Virus record (IMG/VR): IMGVR_UViG_3300034126_000013
Direction: 5' to 3' (one strand)
DNA length: 64,000 nt
From: a virus
Lineage: Duplodnaviria > Heunggongvirae > Uroviricota > Caudoviricetes
A model generated the notes under the pieces. That model made no database searches and had not been told where the DNA came from. It saw only the letters and a program-made list of their open reading frames with translations. Each line of letters opens with the position of its first letter. Position 1 is the stretch's first letter. Shown here one piece after another: positions 27,281-35,100 of the stretch. A program made the position numbers and the translations under genes.

Positions 27281-27306
27281 ACAAACAAAAGGGTGCCGAA
27301 GCACCC
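27281..27306 (-). terminator. intercistronic hairpin terminator/attenuator between primase-helicase and DNA polymerase
   Basis: gggtgccgaagcaccc then minus-strand UUUGUUUG. Confidence 0.45.
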
Positions 27307-27312
27307 CTTAAT

Positions 27313-29223
27313 TTAAAACTCTGGTTCGTATTGAGGATTCAGAGCTTGTTCAATGGTTGATTGCTTTGCAAGCCAGTTATTGTAATCCATAACTCCGCGA
27401 CTTTCAACATCATAAATGAGTTGCATAATCTCACCAGTTTCACCACCACGCGCTTTCGGCATATCAACATGCGTCAGGTTACGAATGATTGGATCAGGAT
27501 TCATCTTGTCACGACTGATAACGATGTTGTAAGCGGCAGACTGTACAAATGTAGAGCTACCAAATGCATCATACTCAGTTGCTTTACGCCACGTTCCATC
27601 TGAATTCGTTGGTTTACGTGTGTGCAAGATGTTCACAATAGTAACACCAGTCTTAACAATCTGTTTCTGCCAACGCATGTGATCCTCTTGCATATCACTG
27701 TTAGCACCACGCAGAATGTCAGTCAATACGTCAATAACAATGATCTTGCAACCATGTTGATGAATCAACTTTTCAATCTGGCGTTCAAGTAACTTCAAAT
27801 CACCATCACGTTCATCCAGAATTGCATAACGCGGTTGTCCTGTATCATCAGTAAGCAAGTTTGAATAAAGCTCTTGAACTTCTGGACGATCAAGGTATTC
27901 AAGAATATCAGCACCTTCACCAATCCATGCCAAGTTCTTCTCAAGGTGGATAGATAGCAAGTCAAGAGTGTATTGACCTTCAGTCATCTCAAGAGAAACA
28001 ACACCTACTTTCTGAGGAGCATTAAACATCCAGAAGTAGTTCAAACCGTTTACATGTGTGGACTTACCAACGGATGTATCACCAATGATGTTTACGATAC
28101 TACCTTGACGGATGCCACCTTTCATTGCACGTTGAACAGCGCCCCATTCTGGCGGAAGTGGAATACGTGGACGCATAAGTTCTTCACGAACAGAGTCCAT
28201 CGAGTCTGTACTTTCTTTAATACCGGATGCAATCAGTGGTTTGGCATTATAGAAGTCACGAACAAAGACACTTGCTTTACCGTCTTCCAACATCTTGTTT
28301 GCATCTTTACCAGTCCAGACAGCAACCTTAACTTTTTCTTTAGGTAATACTGCTGAGATTGCCTCGGCTGCTTTACGTCCTGCATCGTCATTATCCATAC
28401 CAATAATGATCTGATCATACATATCAAAGAACGAATACTGTGCTGCGATTTGCTTAACCGCACTGTTCTCACCGCAAGTTGGTGAAACAACATGGACAGG
28501 TGCAATGTTACCACCAGCTTTAAGTCGATTCTCTTCAAACATTTGATAAGCGGCAACCTTATCCTCTTCACCACCAACAATCAGAATATACTTGTTATAA
28601 CCGCTGTACTTAACCTGACCACTAAGTTGGTTCTTACCACCAGTGCTACCCACATTCCCGTAACGGAAGTCTTTAGGGTGATTGCGACACTTGTAACCTG
28701 CAAGCTTACCCTTAGTGTTTGTTTCAGGATAGTGACGGCTGATTACATTCCCCTGATCGTCCTTCTTAGTCAGGTGACCGAAGAACTTCAGAAACTCATC
28801 CTTGATACCTCGATAACCCAAACCACTGTAACCAGAAACCTTCTTACCGTTGATTTCTTTATGTGCACTCTGGATAAACGAACGTACTTCGTCGTCGCTC
28901 ATTGCCGGAAGGCAATCGTTCATCATTACTGCACCATCAGTCACTTTCTTTCTCTCCTCTTGATACTGTTCATACGTCATACCTAGAATCGCCATTGTCG
29001 CATCACGACCTTTAACGAACTCTGTTTCTTCGTCCATCTCTTCTGCATACATCACAAAGTCAATAGGTGTACTCTTCGCACCACAACCGTAGCAGTAGAA
29101 CGAATGCTGGTGAGCATACACGTTGAAACTTGGTGTATTCTCAGGGTGAAACGGGCAACAAATCTTTTCGCTCCCGTCATAGTCAGGCATGTAATGCTTA
29201 ATTACCTTTTCGATCAAGCTCAA
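27313..29223 (-). CDS. bifunctional DNA primase-helicase (T7 gp4-like)
   Basis: N-terminal CHC2 zinc finger CPFHPENTPSF..CYGCG, TOPRIM region, C-terminal DnaB-type helicase with Walker A IIGDTSVGKST. Confidence 0.8.
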   Translation of the reverse strand: MSLIEKVIKHYMPDYDGSEKICCPFHPENTPSFNVYAHQHSFYCYGCGAKSTPIDFVMYAEEMDEETEFVKGRDATMAILGMTYEQYQEERKKVTDGAVMMNDCLPAMSDDEVRSFIQSAHKEINGKKVSGYSGLGYRGIKDEFLKFFGHLTKKDDQGNVISRHYPETNTKGKLAGYKCRNHPKDFRYGNVGSTGGKNQLSGQVKYSGYNKYILIVGGEEDKVAAYQMFEENRLKAGGNIAPVHVVSPTCGENSAVKQIAAQYSFFDMYDQIIIGMDNDDAGRKAAEAISAVLPKEKVKVAVWTGKDANKMLEDGKASVFVRDFYNAKPLIASGIKESTDSMDSVREELMRPRIPLPPEWGAVQRAMKGGIRQGSIVNIIGDTSVGKSTHVNGLNYFWMFNAPQKVGVVSLEMTEGQYTLDLLSIHLEKNLAWIGEGADILEYLDRPEVQELYSNLLTDDTGQPRYAILDERDGDLKLLERQIEKLIHQHGCKIIVIDVLTDILRGANSDMQEDHMRWQKQIVKTGVTIVNILHTRKPTNSDGTWRKATEYDAFGSSTFVQSAAYNIVISRDKMNPDPIIRNLTHVDMPKARGGETGEIMQLIYDVESRGVMDYNNWLAKQSTIEQALNPQYEPEF

Positions 29224-29235
29224 ATCTGTTTCTCC

Positions 29236-29664
29236 TTACAGTTGTTGAACAAAGATCGTCTGTTCACGAGTAATACCTTCTGGTAGCTTGGAAAGATCGA
29301 AACCAATCTCTTCAAGGTCTTCGTCATTCATCTCGTATGGTGAATTCTCCAAACTCCAACGAGCGATTACTTCACCATGTCGCTCCAACTCCATGAACGC
29401 GATACCACATGTATTGAAGACTGTATCATAACAACCTTCACTCCAGCAGTAAACCTCGTCATGTGGTTCAATAACGAATAGTTGCTGTAATTTATCCTTT
29501 GAATACTCACAAGGAAATGCAATCAACTTAATGTTTGACGGTACTTTGATTCGCTCAAGTTCGTAATCCACGATCAATTTGTCAGGAGTCATGTTGTACA
29601 TATCAATGAAATGAGTAGCATTGTCACCATCTACACGGTCCAACCACTTACCGTTAATGATCAT
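29236..29664 (-). CDS. hypothetical protein (142 aa)
   Basis: ORF track. Confidence 0.45.
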   Translation of the reverse strand: MIINGKWLDRVDGDNATHFIDMYNMTPDKLIVDYELERIKVPSNIKLIAFPCEYSKDKLQQLFVIEPHDEVYCWSEGCYDTVFNTCGIAFMELERHGEVIARWSLENSPYEMNDEDLEEIGFDLSKLPEGITREQTIFVQQL

Positions 29665-29909
29665 TACTTCTCTCCTTCATACCATTTATCACAATTGAAC
29701 TCATAACCTTCGGAACGAAGTTGTTCTTTCAAGTCATCGATTCTTTCAAGTAGATCATATGTTTTACGATCACCGCAAAATGCCATACCACGCATTGACA
29801 AATAATCGTCACGCATCCAGACAACACCTTTTAAGCCAGAGTCACTTTGAGGTAGAGCGTCAAGGTCTTTCATCATCTGAATGTCGAGTTTAGTTAGATC
29901 AAATTTCAT
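29664..29909 (-). CDS. hypothetical protein (~81 aa, start MKFDLTKLD)
   Basis: ORF 29664..29996 (GTG) trimmed to first ATG downstream of P12 start site. Confidence 0.35.
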   Translation of the reverse strand: MKFDLTKLDIQMMKDLDALPQSDSGLKGVVWMRDDYLSMRGMAFCGDRKTYDLLERIDDLKEQLRSEGYEFNCDKWYEGEK

Positions 29910-30004
29910 TGGTTTTCTCAATATCGTTGATAGCATTTGTAAGAACACGATAGAAGTCTTCAGGTTTATCCCAGTACCAACCACTGGTGAATCCACGACA
30001 GTTG

Positions 30005-30033
30005 ATTGTACATCGGCTGAAGTCTACCTGCAA
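30005..30033 (-). promoter_or_regulatory. sigma70-type promoter P12 (TTGCAG-N17-TACAAT)
   Basis: Minus strand ccggTTGCAGgtagacttcagccgatgTACAATcaac. Confidence 0.35.
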
Positions 30034-30074
30034 CCGGTATTTTATCATTGCCTGTAAAGCCCATGCTTGATCAC

Positions 30075-30503
30075 TCATGACGACACCTCACACAATCCAA
30101 CGTTACAAACAGGAAGACTATCAAGTTGAGCATCGAAAGTATTCCAATCAACGTATGCACCGACTGCTCCCAACTTAACAACTTCATCCCAACCTTCAGC
30201 CACATTAGATGACATCCAGCGACGTAGTTTCTCGTAACGCTGAGCATTCACCTTCAGGCGTTCAATCTCTGCACGCTGCTGAGCAACAAGGCGTTGAGAG
30301 TATCGAGCAATTTCAATCTGCTCAGGCAACATCTCCAGAACATAGTTGTACGTTTCTTTCTGAATCGCCCGACGATTGATAGAAGCTTGGCTGAATGGAT
30401 CACAACCGAATGGAATGTTCATTGGATCGTCACATTCCTTGAATCGCTTCTCCATCAACTCCTTGAAATCTTTCAGACCGTATTCCTTTTCAATGATGCT
30501 CAT
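30075..30503 (-). CDS. hypothetical protein (~142 aa, start MSIIEKEYG)
   Basis: ORF 30075..30764. N-terminal 87 codons are low-complexity and overlap another gene; internal ATG gives ATGA coupling. Confidence 0.45.
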   Translation of the reverse strand: MSIIEKEYGLKDFKELMEKRFKECDDPMNIPFGCDPFSQASINRRAIQKETYNYVLEMLPEQIEIARYSQRLVAQQRAEIERLKVNAQRYEKLRRWMSSNVAEGWDEVVKLGAVGAYVDWNTFDAQLDSLPVCNVGLCEVSS

Positions 30504-30682
30504 TTGTTCATCCTCTTGACGGCTGCACACCACACCTTGAAGCATTCTGCTGCATGATCTGAGATGTATTGACCGAGATGTAGGGCTAGGTGACGACTTG
30601 CTCGACCACGTGCTCCAGAACGCACCACATACTCTTCCAGATACCAAGCCTCGAAGGCTTCTGTGATTTCTTTGCTGTCCAT
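30500..30682 (-). CDS. small protein (60 aa, MDSKEITEAFEAWYLEEYV...)
   Basis: ORF 30500..30739 trimmed to ATG with AAGGAGAG RBS 18 nt downstream of P5 start site. Confidence 0.4.
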   Translation of the reverse strand: MDSKEITEAFEAWYLEEYVVRSGARGRASRHLALHLGQYISDHAAECFKVWCAAVKRMNK

Positions 30683-30706
30683 GTTGCTCTCCTTTGTCTG
30701 TGTGCC

Positions 30707-30735
30707 CATTGTACAGATGGAAGTAAAAGCTGTCA
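30707..30735 (-). promoter_or_regulatory. sigma70-type promoter P5 (TTGACA-N17-TACAAT)
   Basis: Minus strand ggtgTTGACAgcttttacttccatctgTACAATgg. Confidence 0.5.
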
Positions 30736-30762
30736 ACACCTTTCTTTAACTTTCTTTCAGAC

Positions 30763-30789
30763 ACAAAAAAGCCCCGCGTTAGCAGGGCT
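30763..30789 (-). terminator. intrinsic terminator
   Basis: agccccgcgttagcagggct plus minus-strand UUUUUUGUG; same sequence family as terminator at 10023. Confidence 0.5.
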
Positions 30790-30794
30790 TCTCT

Positions 30795-31046
30795 TTATGC
30801 AAATACCAGCTTGACTGGGTTGGTATAAACAACCTCACCGTTGAAGTCGTGAAACTCAACAATGCTATTTTGACTGCTGAAGTACATCGAATCAATTCTG
30901 TTCAGTTGGTCGGCTGATACACCACGACGGGTAAGCTCAGCTTTGGTTTCATCATTCAGGGTTACAGCGTAGAACTGTAGGTCACCAGTGTCTACCTCAT
31001 CCCAACCAGACCAATTTGACAGGAAGCTCTTCTCAATACCTTTCAT
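30795..31046 (-). CDS. hypothetical protein (83 aa)
   Basis: ORF track. Confidence 0.45.
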   Translation of the reverse strand: MKGIEKSFLSNWSGWDEVDTGDLQFYAVTLNDETKAELTRRGVSADQLNRIDSMYFSSQNSIVEFHDFNGEVVYTNPVKLVFA

Positions 31047-31047
31047 C

Positions 31048-31176
31048 TTATTGGCTCACCGCCACATTACCACGACCACGTTTGCGGGATTTTGGTGCAG
31101 ACACCTTGAAAGCTTTGTGACCAGCCGATTGGGTTACGCCTTGTGCATTTGCTTGCTCGTAGAAAATCTTAGCCAT
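31048..31176 (-). CDS. small basic protein (~42 aa, MAKIFYEQANAQGV..KSRKRGRGN..)
   Basis: Not in track; AAGGAG RBS. Confidence 0.3.
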   Translation of the reverse strand: MAKIFYEQANAQGVTQSAGHKAFKVSAPKSRKRGRGNVAVSQ

Positions 31177-31180
31177 GATG

Positions 31181-31495
31181 TTACTCCTTATTCAATTTGA
31201 TTTGGTTTTTGATACTTTTGTCGATTGCGTCAAATGCTTGTTGTCGTTCAATGTCGTATTGTTCAGAAGATTTTGTCTTCAAACCACGATCAACAATCGG
31301 GGTATTAACTTGTTGAAACTCAACTTTTGACATTGGCTTAACTGTACCCTTTGGCATGTAGCTCGGTTGAAACAGTTGGTACATCACAACGAAAACAAGT
31401 GCAGCAATTACTGGGTAACCACTCTTGAGACGTAGTGCCAACCACAAAAACAAGATCACAACGATTGGTACAATAATGTTAAGTGCAAGAATCAT
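31181..31495 (-). CDS. small membrane protein (104 aa, two N-terminal TM helices)
   Basis: ORF track; immediately downstream of SPFH gene. Confidence 0.5.
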   Translation of the reverse strand: MILALNIIVPIVVILFLWLALRLKSGYPVIAALVFVVMYQLFQPSYMPKGTVKPMSKVEFQQVNTPIVDRGLKTKSSEQYDIERQQAFDAIDKSIKNQIKLNKE

Positions 31496-31550
31496 TTAAA
31501 GCTCCTTAGATGAAAGAGCGACAGCATATAGTCAGCCGCTCAATCCAATC

Positions 31551-32447
31551 TTACTTAGAACGCATGTCCATGATCATTGGGATATTACCGTTACCACCCA
31601 TGATTGTTTGAGGCAAAGCACCATCCCATTTCTCAGCTTTGATCTTTTCGATTTCAAGCTCTTTGATACGCAGCGAGCGTGGGTCTACAGCGTTAGCCAA
31701 TACCATTTGTGCTTGTGCTTCAGTCTCAGCTTTCTCTTTCTCAATTGCACGTTGCATCTTAGCTTCTTGCAACTCACGATCCAGTCGTACTTTAGAAACG
31801 TTCAACGATGCTTCTTCTTGTGCAATCATTTCACGACGCTTTGCACTGTTCTCTTGAGCTTCAGTAATGATCGGTGGATACTTAATGTTTGTCAAACCAG
31901 CATAACGAACATTGAATGGTGTACGATCACTCATCACTTTAGCCAGAAGAACTTGAATGTCGGAGTTGATCTTTTCACCATTGGAAGCAATTTCCGAGAT
32001 GGTGTAACGAGTCAGATACGAACGAACTTCAGCTTGCAACACTTGTTTACCGTAAGTGTTATAGATCGACTCAGCGGAAATCTTACTGAATTGATCAGTC
32101 TCAGGTGTCTGAGGAAGCTTGTTAAACATTGCTTCTGCTTTGGTTGGATCAACCGACAGAGTTGCACGAAGGTCAACCTTGACGATTAGCTTGTCACCCG
32201 GAATGAAAATCTCCATTGGTTCAACGTAAGACTTATCCGTGGTGTCCAGAACAACCAGACGATCACAGTAAGCATTACAGAATGGCAGACGCAGCTTAGA
32301 AGTTGGAATCATACCTTCCTGATAACCATCTTTGGTCATGATCTTACCAACGAAACCCGGTGGTACTTCAACCTTCTCACCACAACCAGACATCATTACT
32401 GCCATGGAACCAATAACCAGACTACCAACCAGATTGCGAATGTTCAT
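31551..32447 (-). CDS. SPFH/band-7 (stomatin/HflC-like) lipoprotein
   Basis: Lipobox ..MAVMMSGCG; SPFH-like core and C-terminal charged coiled coil (AQEEASLNVSKVRLDRELQEAKMQRAIEKEKAETEAQAQ). Confidence 0.55.
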   Translation of the reverse strand: MNIRNLVGSLVIGSMAVMMSGCGEKVEVPPGFVGKIMTKDGYQEGMIPTSKLRLPFCNAYCDRLVVLDTTDKSYVEPMEIFIPGDKLIVKVDLRATLSVDPTKAEAMFNKLPQTPETDQFSKISAESIYNTYGKQVLQAEVRSYLTRYTISEIASNGEKINSDIQVLLAKVMSDRTPFNVRYAGLTNIKYPPIITEAQENSAKRREMIAQEEASLNVSKVRLDRELQEAKMQRAIEKEKAETEAQAQMVLANAVDPRSLRIKELEIEKIKAEKWDGALPQTIMGGNGNIPMIMDMRSK

Positions 32448-32528
32448 TTACTTCTCCTATTGTGTTTCATCATTTGATGTCGCTCATTATACAGAGGTTC
32501 ATCGTTTGGGTCAAGCTTTATTTTCACT

Positions 32529-32912
32529 TCAAGACGATAATGTTGCTACGTCGTTCCGAAGCTTAATGATCATGTCGATCAGATCATCTCGATCACAATC
32601 ATCGAACTCACATTCATCCTCTTCAAAGTCGTCACGGTTGTACTCAACCCGACGCGCTTCTAAAGCAGACTTCTTTGCATGATCGATACGACCGTCAACA
32701 ATGTAACCGTGTGGCTCATGTCGAATTTTAAGGTGGTCGTTGTTGATTGTCAAGCAAATTGTTGGTGTCTCATTCACATTTGTCCGGTTTTGGACTTGAA
32801 CACGAGTCAACATCTCACCAGCGTCAATCACAATAGCATTACAACCACTGAAGTCAACATATTTACCAGTTATGCGAACAAGGTCACCATCACGAAGCTT
32901 ACGATATGCCAT
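32529..32912 (-). CDS. hypothetical protein (127 aa)
   Basis: ORF track. Confidence 0.45.
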   Translation of the reverse strand: MAYRKLRDGDLVRITGKYVDFSGCNAIVIDAGEMLTRVQVQNRTNVNETPTICLTINNDHLKIRHEPHGYIVDGRIDHAKKSALEARRVEYNRDDFEEDECEFDDCDRDDLIDMIIKLRNDVATLSS

Positions 32913-33227
32913 TTAATTTCCCCAATGTGAATCAGTGAGTGAGATGTTACCTGATCTATTCAGATAGTCAACAGCTTTTTCCATATTACCTTTGCAGCTT
33001 CGCAGAGCTTTATTGCATGACAACATACCTTCACCAGTTAGGACACGCAACTCTTTAATCATCTCTGCTGTAATATCTACAGAAGCCATTTCCTCATCAA
33101 GTAATGACATCTGGTATTCTACAGCTTGTGTTGCTTCACTGCAACCACCATGTGCTTCGAACAACATCTCTTTCATTGCGAGCAAAGCTTTGTACATCTG
33201 ATTGATTTGATCTGTCTGCATCGACAT
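32913..33227 (-). CDS. hypothetical protein (104 aa)
   Basis: ORF track; AAGAAGGG RBS. Confidence 0.45.
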   Translation of the reverse strand: MSMQTDQINQMYKALLAMKEMLFEAHGGCSEATQAVEYQMSLLDEEMASVDITAEMIKELRVLTGEGMLSCNKALRSCKGNMEKAVDYLNRSGNISLTDSHWGN

Positions 33228-33305
33228 GGATAACCCTTCTTGTTAAATGTTCCGCAATAATGACACTCGATACGCCCGTGTCTTGAGATTGCCATAATGA
33301 TCCTA

Positions 33306-33506
33306 TCAATCCACCTTGTCAACATGTTTTTCATTCCAAGCATCAATGATGTTTTGAGGACTTATCCTCCCTTTCTCTTGCCGCATAAAGCTTCTCATAA
33401 ATTCATCAAGGCTGTCAAAGTCAGAATGATCCAGATTGTAACGACACCATGCTTTCATATCTGCTCTGTAGTTTTTATCATGTAATGCTGTAGTAGGTCT
33501 TTCCAT
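33306..33506 (-). CDS. hypothetical protein (~66 aa, start MERPTTALHDK)
   Basis: ORF 33306..33521 (TTG) trimmed to ATG with GGAGAA RBS. Confidence 0.4.
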   Translation of the reverse strand: MERPTTALHDKNYRADMKAWCRYNLDHSDFDSLDEFMRSFMRQEKGRISPQNIIDAWNEKHVDKVD

Positions 33507-33836
33507 CTCTTGATTCTCCAATCATGCTCATTGTTGAAGTATAGATAGACTTCCCCTAAGGGGTTCCACAATCGGGAACCAAGGAGTCATCTTCATGCTC
33601 ACCGTAGCTAGCATCCTGATTCATCAGGCATGTACACAAGGTACACGAGATAGGATAAGGTGTCAAACCCTTTCTCCCGTGGTGCACAAATGTCATTGAC
33701 GACACCCGCAACGCTGCACCAGAACGAATAAACGTCCACTTCCACGTTATGTTGGCCTGCATTCTTCTTGCCTTTAACACTGGGACGGTGAGTGGTTACG
33801 ACATTTCTCTCCAGTGCGAGAAGCTTTGTCTGCTTC

Positions 33837-33865
33837 AAGGTTGCCCATTCTACAGATGGTAATCT
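33837..33865 (-). promoter_or_regulatory. sigma70-type promoter P6 (TTGACA-N17-TAGAAT), minus-strand arm of a back-to-back divergent promoter pair
   Basis: Minus strand gtcTTGACAaaaaagattaccatctgTAGAATgg. Confidence 0.5.
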
Positions 33866-33871
33866 TTTTTG

Positions 33872-33899
33872 TCAAGACCCTTGACGTGATGAACCAGTG
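33872..33899 (+). promoter_or_regulatory. sigma70-type promoter (TTGACG-N16-TATGAT) for plus-strand block
   Basis: ttgtcaagacccTTGACGtgatgaaccagtgatgTATGATgg; the two -35 boxes form palindrome TTGTCAAG-ACC-CTTGAC. Confidence 0.5.
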
Positions 33900-33934
33900 A
33901 TGTATGATGGCGACATCTAAATAGGAGATACAAA

Positions 33935-34159
33935 ATGAGCAGACCAGTAAGTGATGCAAATCAACTCTACATTCCGATTGGTAATTTTGGAACCATCAAC
34001 ATGGATGATCTACTACAGCAAGTTTGGTCACATTTTGGTTGCGTGACTATTGATGAGGTGACAATCTCTCCTGAGTACATCAAGGTTGATGGTTGCTCTT
34101 GCTGTCATGATATGTCAGACTATGAAATGTACCTGTGTGTAACAGTCAATAAGGATTAA
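33935..34159 (+). CDS. hypothetical Cys-rich protein (74 aa)
   Basis: ORF track; AGGAGA RBS. Confidence 0.5.
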   Translation: MSRPVSDANQLYIPIGNFGTINMDDLLQQVWSHFGCVTIDEVTISPEYIKVDGCSCCHDMSDYEMYLCVTVNKD

Positions 34160-34165
34160 TTGAAA

Positions 34166-34333
34166 TGGGTGGTCGATTCAATCCAGCAAAACCAAAGCAA
34201 CGTAAGCAGATGAGCGCCCATGTTGCTACTTATTACACTCATCTCATGAATTCTGTTGACACAGGATGTCCAATGCGAGACTATTGCACCAAGGACATTT
34301 ATATACACGATATTTTGAGGAATTTGATGTGAC
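34166..34333 (+). CDS. small protein (~55 aa, MGGRFNPAKPKQRKQMSAH...)
   Basis: Not in track; AAGGA RBS. Alternative to the 5' part of ORF 34266..34523. Confidence 0.3.
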
Positions 34334-34523
34334 CCTGACGAAAGACGAAGTAGCATTTGCAGTGAGTGCTCACCAACTGTATAATTCACTAAACGCTGGT
34401 TATCGTAACAACGAATTCTTTTCAGTGAATCCATATCTCACACCAGAAGAACGTGCTGGATTCAAGCAGCAAGGTGAATACCAGAAACACTTGTTGGAAA
34501 TACTATTCAAGGTGAAGAAATGA
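34326..34523 (+). CDS. hypothetical protein (65 aa from GTG, or 85 aa from 34266)
   Basis: ORF 34266..34523; GTG with GAGGAA RBS gives GTGA coupling to preceding small ORF. Confidence 0.35.
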   Translation, partial: DVTLTKDEVAFAVSAHQLYNSLNAGYRNNEFFSVNPYLTPEERAGFKQQGEYQKHLLEILFKVKK

Positions 34524-34891
34524 ACAATCGAATCATTATAAAAACTGAAAGTAATGAAGGTGTGCATTCCGTAACTGGTTATGTTGATAACAAAGAAGTA
34601 ATCAATATCAGTAACCGTGTAGAAAACCAATGGGGTATTGGTAGCTCTTCTACCCTCCCTTATGACTGGAGCCTAGCCTTACTATACAATGAGTGTGTAA
34701 GTGCCGTTATGGCTCACGTGAAGACGTTACAGAGCTATCATCGTGGTGTAAGAGTAAAACTAAAAACAATGGGTAGAAATGGTTTTGGTACTATTGAATT
34801 CGTGGAACCTAATGGTGAACGAATCTGGGTACTTCGTGATGGTGCTTCCAGTCCTGTATTCTTTCATCCTTATGAGCTTGATATCGTATGA
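34520..34891 (+). CDS. hypothetical protein (123 aa)
   Basis: ORF track; ATGA overlap. Confidence 0.5.
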   Translation: MNNRIIIKTESNEGVHSVTGYVDNKEVINISNRVENQWGIGSSSTLPYDWSLALLYNECVSAVMAHVKTLQSYHRGVRVKLKTMGRNGFGTIEFVEPNGERIWVLRDGASSPVFFHPYELDIV

Positions 34892-35052
34892 AGACAAATA
34901 ACATTGGTGGTAATAGTAAGTCCGTAAAAAATGATAATTCTAGCTGGTCTAGCTTTGGTGGTAATACACCACCACAAAGTAAGGTTAAGATTCTACCCAA
35001 AGATGGAAACAAACCATTTCTATTTCGATTGAAAAAGTGGTTGACAGACTAA
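34888..35052 (+). CDS. small protein (~54 aa, MKTNNIGGNSKSVKNDNSSW...)
   Basis: Not in track; ATGA overlap with upstream stop. Confidence 0.3.
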   Translation: MKTNNIGGNSKSVKNDNSSWSSFGGNTPPQSKVKILPKDGNKPFLFRLKKWLTD

Positions 35053-35100
35053 AATATTACTGTAGAATTAACGATATTAAACATATACAGCGAGATACAA

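Noticed and set aside
26468-27316. 282-aa plus-strand ORF and other 100-280-aa antisense ORFs (25451-26011, 35254-35961, 10084-10725, 13948-14589)
   Set aside because: All are embedded antisense in genes with strong motif support (DNA polymerase, helicase, NrdA, ThyX-like).
30503-30764. N-terminal 87 codons of ORF 30075..30764
   Set aside because: Low-complexity (S/R/G-rich). Overlaps a better small gene (30500-30682) with RBS and promoter context. Real start is the internal MSIIEKEY.
33268-33322. Possible promoter TTGACA-N18-ATTATG upstream of the 104-aa gene
   Set aside because: The -10 is poor and the spacing ambiguous; kept out of the feature list.
33608-33838. 76-aa ORF (TTG start) in the long leader
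   Set aside because: Its start codon overlaps the -10 of promoter P6, so it would not be on the transcript. No ATG/RBS; treated as non-coding leader.
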